Assembly (NCBI RefSeq): GCF_000181795.1 | Contig: NW_003526941.1 | Coordinates: 11,093,228-11,113,227, forward strand | Direction of reading: 5' to 3' | Origin: Trichinella spiralis | Taxonomy: Eukaryota | Length of the DNA stretch: 20,000 nucleotides | Shown: positions 9,801 through 20,000 of the stretch, piece by piece | Position numbering within the stretch: position 1 is the stretch's first letter | Layout of the letters: the number at the start of each line of letters is the position of its first letter | Made by a program: the position numbers and the translations under genes | The notes under the pieces: generated by a model | The model's input: only the letters and a program-made list of their open reading frames with translations | The model's database searches: none | What the model was told of the DNA's origin: nothing

Positions 9801-11628
9801 GTGAAATGAAAACGCGTATGTTTGAAATTGCTACGCATCATTAGCTTCTGCTTCTAGCTTTGTTGCTGCACTGCTTCAATAAAACAACAGAATTTGCAGG
9901 TGGAAATATATCCATTTTTCCTATTCAAAAATGTCAATTGCAACATATAGGAAACGAACCACGAACGTTCCCAGCAAAGGAAGCAAAGAAAGAAAACAAC
10001 AACAACAACAACACATATCCCCACCGTATGTATGCTAAAAACTAGCCTTATCATGAATAACTATTTATTTATTTATTTATTGTTGCAACGGTTTTTTTAC
10101 ATTGCAATTCAGTTGAATCTGCAACTGAAAATGGTGGGAAATTTTCAACCAACCAATTTGGGCTAACTTTTCAATCACCGCTACTGATCAAACAAAAATA
10201 CTGAAATTGCTTTCAATTCAATCCCATAAGCAAACTACAAATTTACACTTTTGATAATTATTTTTTTAAATATTTTTTTAAAATTATTTTCCGTGAACTA
10301 TTTTGCATTGTAAGCTCTTCCAGTGGATACTTTTCCCGCTTCAGCTGACCTTGGCCGACTGGCATCATTTGTGCTTATTATGGTCATGACCATGTCCGGT
10401 GCAACAGATGCTCTGTGCGAGGACGGTCCAATTTTTACAACCACTACCGATAAAATCGATGAAGCAGATTTACTACAATCGAAAGCAGTTTTGATTCATT
10501 TTTCAAATCAAAACCAGAAACCATAGTCTGCCTGCATTACTGTTTTCTTTTCAAAACAACATTACACCATTTTCCTTAGATAATCGATGATTATAAACTT
10601 ATTTACGTTGTATTTATTTATTCTATACGTATTTTATTGGGTGCGCACACATTCATTCATAAAATACATAATCTAGAATGTTCCATTCACTCGAATGCGT
10701 GTATAATAACAATATTAAATAATGGCGGCGTGTTCATTTGGAACAATTTAGTAGAATTCGGATCCTATATTTTGACTATTTCCCATAATTTTGCGCAAGT
10801 TTAAATCCACTAACGTTTCATCATTTTACATTCTTATTTATGTATGAGATTCAACAACAGCCGCAGCAAATTGTTCGTCATCGTTTTTCTACAATCCATG
10901 AATGAAAATTATGCACTGCAGTTGTATGCAAATAAACTTATCATCATTTACTCAACTGCGAATGGTAGAATGCGGTGAAAACAATTTTACAAGAATTATT
11001 CAGTAATTAATTCACTACACTAGCTAACAGTGCCAGTACACATCTTTGTCCATCTTAATGTATCATCAGTTTGTTCATTATTATTTTCTTAATAATTCAT
11101 ATTTTACATTCTCTGCTTGTACAAATGATTAAAATGAAATTATTCAATCAACTGCTGAATGAAAAAGAAAAATTTACTTCCAAGTAGTCCTGTGCAAAGC
11201 GGAATACGAAGCTGATGCAAAAAGCGCAACGCGCGGGTATGTAAAATAAATAATTTTACCTTTGACTTTTTGATGATGATACATACAGTTGCCCAACTAT
11301 AACAACAACATGGAAATTAATCACAGGATCGTATAAAAGTTGATGAATTGCTGTTCAGTGAATGCAATGAAAAATATAGGTAACAAAGCTTTTGGCTGGT
11401 CAACTTTGGTATCAGTAACAGCTTTTCTCTTGGTCAGGCCTGTTCATATTGCACGACTGTGAAACTTGACGCTGATTGGTCGACTCAAGTTATTATTGTG
11501 CACGTGCCTGTCTACTTAGCGGCATCTGTCGCATAATGTAAATGATGTGATAAAATTAAAAAAATATTTACTATTGACCTTGTTGGTCTATAACTGTTAA
11601 TAATGGGTGGGGATCATCTGAAACCATT

Positions 11629-11659
11629 TGTATGCATATATATATATGTGTGTGTGTAT
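11629..11659. repeat. (TA)n(TG)n microsatellite
   Basis: tgtatgcatatatatatatgtgtgtgtgtat read directly from the sequence. Confidence 0.85.
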
Positions 11660-14022
11660 TGAATTATAAATCTATAAAGTATGAACGTGAGTAGATCAAT
11701 CATATATAACGTTTGTGTGAATCTGAATAGTTTGGTTTTTTCTATCAGTTTCTATTATAATTTTACTTCTTATTGGACAACTTTGCTAACAACTATGGTT
11801 TATAATTGTGTGAGTTGGTGGTAGTTTTTGTCAAGTGAAAAATATCCTTTGCAGAAGAAGAAAGTGAGCAAAACTTTTAAAACATGCGTGTAAATTGAGA
11901 TTGATTTTCAAAAGAAAATATTAAAGGAAAAAAAAGGAAAAATAGAGAGAATTTTTTGAAAATAATGCAAGATCGATTGACGAAGCTGTCAAGCTCTGAA
12001 CCAAAGCGTGCGTGCATATTATTTAAATGAACCGTGTCGTTTGATGTTTCACGTCCCGCCAGTTGGCCGACTCGATGATTGGTCCAAATGGACGCCATCA
12101 GTGGAAACATACCCGACAACCCGCGTCGGCTGGCTATTACTGCTGTCGGGTGTTGGTGATGATTTGTTGAAGTAGCTAGTCTCGATTTGTTCTTGTCAAT
12201 TCACGTTGTTTGCAGGGGATAATTTATTTCAATTGCACAACTCTCAGCGCGCATACACACACACAACCTTTGCTTTTGATATTTTGACAAGCGCCAGTCG
12301 ATGTCAGCGGTTTGCTTTTGACTTGCTAGCATATAGCATGCATGCTGTCGAGCACCGAAACACAACAATGGACTTGATTTCAAGGCGGCCATTGTTTTCA
12401 GCTTTTCACAAAGCATAAGCTAGAGAAGCTAATGACCAGCGGGGACGCTATGCTAAGGCAAAGAACAGTTGTTCTTCTAGTCGTAAAAATGCAAAACAAA
12501 ATTTCACTTTTGCAAAATTGAAAATTTCCCTTCCAAAATTCAACTTTGTTCTATATTAAAAATCAAGCATTGCTTTTGCACTTATAAAGCTTACACTTAC
12601 ACTGTGCACATATTGCTGTGATGAGGTTCACTTTTCGTCACATTCACTTTTCACTGTATTGTGGTCATCAAATCATCATCAGTCGTCAAAATCCAATCAA
12701 AGCTCACACAATTGGACATTTTTGTCCGACGGCGGCTAGATTTTAAAGTGTTCTTTTTGCTATATAACATCACTCTCAATTTTGCTATAAACGTGTTCTT
12801 ATTCTAAGCTAACTAATTAGCTGATGGGTGAACTGAGGAAAAATGTGTATATATATATATACATAAAAACACCTAAAAATAAATAGTAATTAGGAATTTG
12901 AAAAGAATCAAATTCTCCATTTCACAAATAGATTGATTGTTCAAAATTTTATATCCAAAAGATATTTACTTTATTATTTCAAGCGATTGTCATTTGAATG
13001 TTCAATTTCAGCAATAAAATTACTCCAACAAATGAATGCTTTTACATCGCGCAGTTTTAGAAGAAATTGTTCCACTTGGATGTCATTTTCCATTTTCCTG
13101 TTTTATGATTGGTCATTTCATTACGCAAATTAATAAAAATAAGAAATTAAACAAGTTTAAAATTTCAAAATTCACATCCGTAGTTTTATAATGACAAATT
13201 TGAATGGAAGTCGCACTGATAAAAAAATTTAAGACAAGCCGAGCTATGTAACAATTTATACGGCATGCTAAAACTTTTACTTACAATTAGCTACATTCCA
13301 CGTGCATTATATATTAGTCGTGTGAAAAGAAGGTTGAAAAAATGAGTCAGTTAGCTCATCAAAAGTCGGTTTGACCAAGTAATTGAAGGTTGTTATGTAT
13401 TGTTGTGATGAATGATGCAATATGCATGCGTTCGTTGGCAAAGGGATTTTTCTCTTTTTGTACTTACTTGCTTGCATTCTTTATTCAATCTTTCTTCTAT
13501 TTACAAAGAGCACGTACAAACTGTGATCGTGGAACAAAACCAATGTTTTGTCGTAATCAAATCTCCGCGTCAGTAGTCCTACTTTGGATTTCGCTTCGCT
13601 AATATTTACCTACCATTGTATATATCCAATCTGTGAAGATTGTATTGTTTATTTCTTTGCATGGTTTGAACTTTTGATTGCTGAGCTTTCAGCTTGCAAT
13701 GCCAGCTATATTTCAAATTTATGAAAAATTGTCAATGTTTATAAAACCAAAAAGAGTAGTTTTTCGTTGATGATGGCAACATTTTCATTTATTTTAAAAT
13801 TTAAAATAAGCAGTTTTAATGGATGAATTTTAATTTTTTCCCTCCCCCCCTCTCTCTCTCTTTTCAATCTATATTATTCTCTTATTTTATGGAATAAGCT
13901 TATTGAAATCGACTTTTTTGTTTGTTTGTCAGTTTGCTTTTGAATAAGGTATTCAAGCAAAAAGTGACAAAGCTTAAATAATGCGCCGGTTATCAATTGT
14001 TGAACAACAGCAACAACAAACA

Positions 14023-14055
14023 AATAATAATAATAATAACAATAATAATAATAAT
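14023..14055. repeat. (AAT)n microsatellite with one AAC interruption
   Basis: aataataataataataacaataataataataat read directly from the sequence. Confidence 0.9.
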
Positions 14056-17000
14056 GCACTACAGAATGCACGGTGCTGGTAATAATCTCTTTTAAAGGTA
14101 TGTGATAAAATTAAATACGAATCTAGTGTTTTCATGTGCGATCATTGCAAATTCTGCTACAAGGAACTTCATAAAAGAGAAGATTTTTCTTAAGAAAAAA
14201 TGTTTGTCCAAAACAAAAATTAGCCAGCTTATTAGTTAAATGTATGAGAAAATTGAACAATAATTTGTTTGTCGTTCAGTGTTCAGTTTAAGGTGTAAAA
14301 ATTGATGGGCAAATTCGATTAATTCGAGTAGCGTGGATTGATCAGTGTTAAGATAAAAATGTTTCTGGACAATTGGAAGAAACGAATGTTATTTGCTTAC
14401 CTGACGTTTGATGAGAGCATTTGACGAACGGAGAAGTGAAAGTTAGTTGGTCGTCGTCGCAAAGAGATTGCTTGAAGAATATTCAAGCTTTATGACGATC
14501 CGCGATGCTCTTTGTTCGAAATCTTTGACGTAGAACAGACGCATATCGCGTCGAGTCAGACAAGAGACAGAAAAATAGACGGAAACCCCACAGGCGTGAC
14601 ATAGTCGGCAAAAGGTTCATGTTTTTTCTTCCCCCTCCCCTCTTCTTTTCCCAATTATCTATTTGCTTGTCAAAAATGCAATTGTCAGAACAAGATTATG
14701 ATGCACCATAATCAACTTTCCAATATTGTATATTTTCCAACGGAAATTTGAATACGGGTCGTTGTGCGTTGTACCTGTTTAACCATGTATGCATAATCCG
14801 GATGTCCAATCAAGGAAGCGCTTCTCATTGGCTAGCGGGTGACAATTGAATAATGTTCGGTGTGGGTCAGTGTGTAGTGGTGGTTACCAGGGGATGTATT
14901 TGGAAATTTTTGTAACTTTTGATCGACAAAGCTTTTTGCCTTGACTCTGTAAAGCTGCGTTGACACCGTCGCGGCCTTCGGAGCATATTTTTCACGAGCA
15001 TTGTTTGCTGTTCATAAGCGTTCATCTGCTGCTTGGTGGTGGTTGTGATCGGTAGTAATACGGATGGATTGACCAACCGTTCAGACGGAAGAGATTGACA
15101 AACTGGAACAAAACATTGTCTGTCCTTCAAAAAGCCTCTTTGCATAGCATTGCAATCTCGTTTCGTTGAATGGATTGAAAAATTTTCCACCGTGCAAAGT
15201 TGTGAAAATTCACTTGCTCGTCAAATATTTGCATTGAAATTTAAAAAAAAACAAACATACATACATACATATATATGATGGTATCAATATGGCATCAATT
15301 TTAAATTTGCAATTGTAAAAAGCAAATTTTGCAAAATGAGAAAATTATTTCATCTGTTGAATGAAAGCAATTCCCAAATATGAAGAAATATGGCTTTATC
15401 TGTTCATATCTCTATCCTAGGGGATTAACTTATGGATGCGTTTTTTAACTTGCATAAAATCGATGATATGTTGAAATAGACAGCAGATGGCTTTATTTTA
15501 ATTAACTGCGAATTGTTGAGCAAATATTCATTTTTATTTATTTATTTATTCAAAATAAACTGACATGCAGTATCTTTACATGGAAGACAAACTTGGAAGG
15601 GAAGAATGGGCATCCGACAATGAAATGATAATGAATTATTCGCCTAAGATTTCTGCATAGACAATTTCCAATATTTTTTTTACTGTAACATGATTGTTTT
15701 CATGTTGACTTGTAAATTTATTTGGTTTCTTAATTTGCTGTACATTGTGAGCAAATCTTCTAAATTATTATTATTATTTTCTATTTGTAAAAAATACTGC
15801 AAACTTTGATGATAAAAAAAGTTATCTTATATAAGTTAATTCACAAAAATCACAAATAAACGAGTAGACGATTGATTGTTGGTAAATCTGTTCTTATGCA
15901 AATTCAACTTGAAAACTTAGCTGCTAGCAGTGCCAAACTTGCAATGAATGAATATTATTTGTGAAAGCACGCCCGCATTGAAATTGCACATTTAAAAAAA
16001 TTTGAAAATAATTTTTAAATAATTTTATTGTTCTCTATTTCACGGTAAATTCAATATTAAATATTTTTTTTCTAATTCAAATTCATTTATCTTGTTTTTA
16101 AATCTCAGCTTTTGATTGTTTCTATTCAGCTCAATCAACTTACTTTTGAAAGTGAACACGCTGACCACCACCAGATGAGGATTGGAAAAGTTGAAAAAGG
16201 TCTTCAATCATTGCGGATGCTGTGCAGTTGGCAAACTTTTATCTCATCGATAAAGATCACAGATGGAAAGAAAGAGTAGCATGCAAAAGCAGTTGTGGAC
16301 TTCTTCAATCATGGACGTCTCCAACTGAGGTGAGTTTATTTTTGTAAATGCCATTTACGCGAATTCACAGTCTTTGAATTATTCACATATTTCTGATATA
16401 TCAAAAAGAAGAGAGGGAAATAATTTTCAAAAGCTCTCGTTAGGTAATATTCATAATTTCACAGGATCAACTGAATATGAAGCCTTGAAATGGCTTCTAA
16501 TTTATACTTTTTGCATTTCATTCAATAATTATTTTTCATTAAATCAGAAAACAATAAGCATCGCATGTTCAAGAGGATTCACTACGCACATAGGGCGTTG
16601 TTCTTTTCCTTTTTTTGTTTTATATTTTGAAAGCATTTCATTTGAAATTATCCAATTGGAATAATTTTTTTTATCTTGAATGAATATTCTCCATTGTTAC
16701 TCATTTTGTCTACTTTATTTGTATGCGATCGTTTGCCAATTTTATCATTTTCATTCAAACGTCCAGGAATTTGAGCCATTTGAATTTTCAAATCAGGCGG
16801 ATCAGTTTTGCATGAGTTGCACGCAATTGTGAAGTGATAATTTAAAGCTTTTGAAATAGAAAATATGAACAAAAAGAATTTCATCGCTAAAAACGGCGGA
16901 TGTGTGTAGTAGTCATTTTGCATAATTTTATTATTGAAATTCAACAACAACTTCTTTTTTGCAAATGTGTCAGCGAAATTATAAAGGCATAAAATAAATC

Positions 17001-17428
17001 CCTTTGTAGACAACAAGAGTAAATAATTGTTCTCTAACAAACATTGAAATTCAAGTAAAAATTTCAAGTCATTTCATATTGTCGGTTATTTTTCTGTGAA
17101 TTATGTGACATAAATTATTGTGCATGTTCTTGTATATGCAGTGTTTGTTTAATATATTATTAGAAAATTTTTTCTTCTTCTGACTCATTTTCATTGAAAA
17201 ATATCCGATATATCTATCAGGATCAGACAAAAAAGAAATACAAAGCAAAGTAAGGTAGAATTTCAAGTTCAAATGAACAAACTCTTTTAATTGAATTGCA
17301 TACAACTGGATTTTCAGAAATGTCGTTCTCACGCACAGAACAAAAATTAATGTGATTACTTTCTTTCATTGGTTCTTTTCGTATGAAAAACACTTTTATA
17401 AAAATATTATTTATGCAGTATTTATACA

Positions 17429-17434
17429 TTTATT
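17429..17434 (-). terminator. Candidate polyadenylation signal (AATAAA) of mrps-11
   Basis: AATAAA on the minus strand about 30 nt after the stop codon at 17466-17468. The AT-rich context lowers specificity. Confidence 0.5.
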
Positions 17435-17465
17435 TGTATTTCACTTTTTACATCAAACGTATAAT

Positions 17466-17870
17466 TTATACTTTTCTCTGCTTTCTGGGTCTTGGGCCAA
17501 GTTCTGGCAGAGGGGTGTCATCTGTAATTGAGATTATCTTCAATCCGGACAATGCCATTCCTTTTATAGAAGACGAACGCCCAGGACCCAATCCTTTGAG
17601 CACTACACGCGCACTTGTTATACCTCTTCTTAAAGCTTTCAAACCTGCAGCAATGCCTGTCGATTGTCCAGCCACTTCGGTCTTTTTTTTGCAATTTTTG
17701 AAACCTTCCAATCCACAAGTAGTCATAACTTGAAATCTGCCAACTGAGTCTGTGAATGTGATTTTGGTATTGTTCTTTGAACATTTCACGTAACAAATTG
17801 GCGTATCTTCGAATGGAATTCCATAAAATAGTTGTTTGAAAGTTTCATAAGTGGGAAAATTCCCACTCGC
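17466..17870 (-). CDS. mrps-11: Mitochondrial ribosomal protein S11 (uS11m), exon 2 with the S11 domain and stop codon
   Basis: Acceptor TTTTCAG at 17871 (phase 0). The motifs SKNNTKIT, TCGLEGFKNCKK, RVVLKGLGPGRSSSIKG and ISITDDTP.P..G.RPRKQRKV are diagnostic of bacterial-type/mitochondrial uS11. Confidence 0.96.
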   Translation of the reverse strand, partial: ASGNFPTYETFKQLFYGIPFEDTPICYVKCSKNNTKITFTDSVGRFQVMTTCGLEGFKNCKKKTEVAGQSTGIAAGLKALRRGITSARVVLKGLGPGRSSSIKGMALSGLKIISITDDTPLPELGPRPRKQRKV

Positions 17871-18046
17871 CTGAAAACACAATTAATTCATTATGTTTTT
17901 ATTAGCAAAATTCTCAGCAGTCTGCTTTTTCGTCCTGTTTTTTACAAATTCAGAAAATCCTATTGCATATAAGCTATATTTGGCTAAAATATGCTTTTAA
18001 ATTGATAAAAATAACACTGTTATTAATGGAAAACTGTAAAATTCAC

Positions 18047-18229
18047 TTCTGTCTGTGCAGTTTCGTAATATTTTTCCCCTTCGACACCCTCTTCCACTTT
18101 TGAAGAACCGATAAGATGCTCGCGACGATCCATACGGCCTCCCAAAGTTGAAGATAAGCTCAGGCATCTTGTTACCGGCGCCAGTAACGTTACCGAGTAT
18201 GAGAAATTTTTCAAAGCTGAAGAAAGCAT
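18047..18229 (-). CDS. mrps-11: Mitochondrial ribosomal protein S11, exon 1 (presequence-like N-terminus MLSSALKNFSYSVTLLAPVTRCLSLSS...)
   Basis: First ATG of the ORF at 18229. The N-terminus is Ser/Leu-rich, has basic and no acidic residues, and includes R-C-L-S, resembling a mitochondrial targeting peptide. The phase-0 donor GAA|GTGAAT at 18046 joins exon 2 to give 195 aa. Confidence 0.82.
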
Positions 18230-19804
18230 CAAGTCAGAATATTTTTGCACTTACATTATGTGATTTTCAAGTACAACATTATGGTTACTGTAATCAAAGT
18301 TGTTGATAATCAATATAAATTTCAAAAATTCCACAAAACAATTAGGAAATTTTTTAAAAGTTAAATAATAAAAAATGGAAAATTAACCAAGTAGCAAGCA
18401 CAACAATTTCGAATCCAAATTGTCAAACGAGTTCACCATATATATATGTGCGTGTGCGTGTGAATATGTGTGCAAATAACTGCTGCACCTAAAGAGAATG
18501 CATATAAGTGAGGCACTGTCTGACTGGACAACTCAGATTCGTGATAATGACTATTTTTTTTCCATAATTTAAAATTGTTATTCTGCACATCTGGTGGACT
18601 TCATCTATGTTTATACGTTGCTGAGTGTGATCGCGAACAACTATTATTTTCCAATAATTAATTATATCACTTGATTAACATTCTATTTTCAAATGACTTT
18701 CAACGATTTATTTATGCAAGTGATAGTAATAAATAAATAAATAAGCTGTATATAAATATATAGGGCAAATATAACTAAGTCTAAAATTGTCCCGACAAAA
18801 AAGCTAACTAAATATGTCAATAACAAAAATAAATTACAAAACTGAAAATTTGCATGAAAATTCTGCTAAACAACTACAGCGCGTACTTTTCATTGTGTTC
18901 AGCAAACATAATTTTCACATCCTTCAATGTAAAATTACGTCAACAGCAATGTATGAGATAGAAGTTTCCAATATTGACAATTATATTACTAAAATTAAAC
19001 AAAATTATGAATTCAGTTGAAAAGCTGTTTGATGTCGGGTCCAATTATTTCATCACTCTTATGCGTCGTCTCGTTAACATGCAAATTTTTAAATGTGGCC
19101 TTGACATTGTTTGCTTTGCAGCTAAAGCAAATTACAAGCTTGAACTCTTATTACATATACTTATATATATAATTCCATTTCACATGCATTTTTCGTCAAT
19201 TTAATAGCACCTAGAAATGGAGAATATCATGACATTTCATATTGTGAAGTTGAAAGTCATATACTGATTTTGTTGTTGTTGATTGTTTGCTGTTTCAATG
19301 ATTTTAGGCTAACATTTGCGTAAAGTTTCTTTTCTGGACCTAATGAACAGCAGGCATAGATAGTAAGAGTTGTTTACCAGAAAATGCATGCAAATTTTTA
19401 TTCGAGTGTTATACGTTCGTTCACTTGCGTGGTTACAGACAAAATTGAAGAGTAATACAGAGCTAAGAAAGTGTGCAATAGTTTTTAGAAAAAAATGCGC
19501 TTATTCATTTTCAAGTTGCTTATCTCAGTTATATTATTTGGTATAAATATGATCTAATATTGAGACAACAAAATTTCCCTTGTGTGCTGATATTTCTTGA
19601 TAGAAATTTTCCCAAATTTTAAACAAAACATTAATCAGCAGCATATATTTAAATTTTTGTTCGAACCTTTCGAATTTTCAGTTTTAAAATTTTCATTTTT
19701 TTCCACAAAAAAAGTATTATCGGAAACTGTTGTGAAATTCCACAGAAATTTATTAAGAAGAAACAGTAAATGGCGAGAATAATATGCAGCACAAATAATA
19801 AATA

Positions 19805-20000
19805 TTAATAATATTTTATTGCAGTTGGTGGTGGAAACGTTCGCATGCTCGTATTCCACTGTTGGTTGTTATTGTGATACGTGTACTCGAACCGTCGGTG
19901 CATATTCTGAAAGTGGAAAAAGATTCCACTACTCTAGAAATGCAAGCAAATCGGAGAAAGAGAAGCTTAGCTGTGCAGCATCTTGCAATATACAAAAGAG
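19805..20000. other. Exon-like GC-richer segment at the window edge; gene and strand unresolved
   Basis: Plus strand: acceptor ttttattgcag at 19824, then two frames open to the window end. Minus strand: acceptor CTTTTTCCACTTTCAG near 19907, then short open frames and an AATAAA near 19815. No recognisable protein motif. Confidence 0.3.

Noticed and set aside
12618..13420. Box C-like GTGATGA motifs (12618, about 13405) as possible C/D snoRNAs
   Set aside because: No box D at a suitable distance and no terminal stem.
9040..14250. Scattered CSL-like sites (GTGAGAA 9040, CGTGAGAA 9119 minus, GTGGGAA 10134, TATGGGAA 10780 minus, TATGAGAA 14243)
   Set aside because: The number is about what a degenerate AT-rich 8-mer would give by chance, and none has paired-site spacing.
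4439..15190. Numerous 60-125 aa ORFs in the intergenic region
   Set aside because: Mostly F/I/L/K/N-rich translations of AT-rich DNA or microsatellites, many with non-ATG starts and no recognisable domain or consistent splice chain.
16374..17429. ORFs downstream of mrps-11, including the 139-aa ORF at 16648-17067
   Set aside because: Composition typical of AT-rich non-coding DNA and no homology I can recognise; a small exon within 16690-16830 cannot be fully excluded.
1..20000. Transposons, CRISPR arrays, tRNA, rRNA, SL RNA and known miRNAs
   Set aside because: By eye I found no transposase or RT ORF, terminal repeats, repeat-spacer periodicity, cloverleaf or recognised mature miRNA. Rfam and RepeatMasker searches would be needed to exclude degenerate copies.

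Overview
Eukaryotic, AT-rich genomic DNA. Short GT-AG introns (58-202 nt plus one of 1142 nt), TTTTCAG-type acceptors and TA/CA microsatellites suggest a nematode, possibly clade I (Trichinella-like); this is an inference. Two genes are well supported, both on the minus strand. (1) The 5' part of a canonical Delta-type Notch ligand: seven coding exons at 3065-3012, 2949-2617, 2489-2414, 2211-1942, 799-608, 539-147 and 88-1, joined in one frame. They encode a signal peptide, MNNL/C2, DSL, six full EGF repeats and the start of a seventh; the gene runs off the left edge. (2) A complete two-exon mitochondrial ribosomal protein S11 gene (18229-18047, 17870-17466; 195 aa). Between them lie about 14 kb with no convincing protein-coding gene, broken by GC-richer, motif-dense islands that look like Delta's cis-regulatory domain. 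The best leads are substitutions on the DSL Notch-binding face, a near-complete DOS motif, six GCAGGTG E-boxes confined to the Delta-proximal 10 kb, a signal-peptide ORF nested antisense in Delta intron 4, candidate distal or divergent non-coding exons, and loss of the uS11 His-Asn-Gly motif. I see no mobile element, CRISPR array or RNA gene, and I cannot claim a demonstrably new system.
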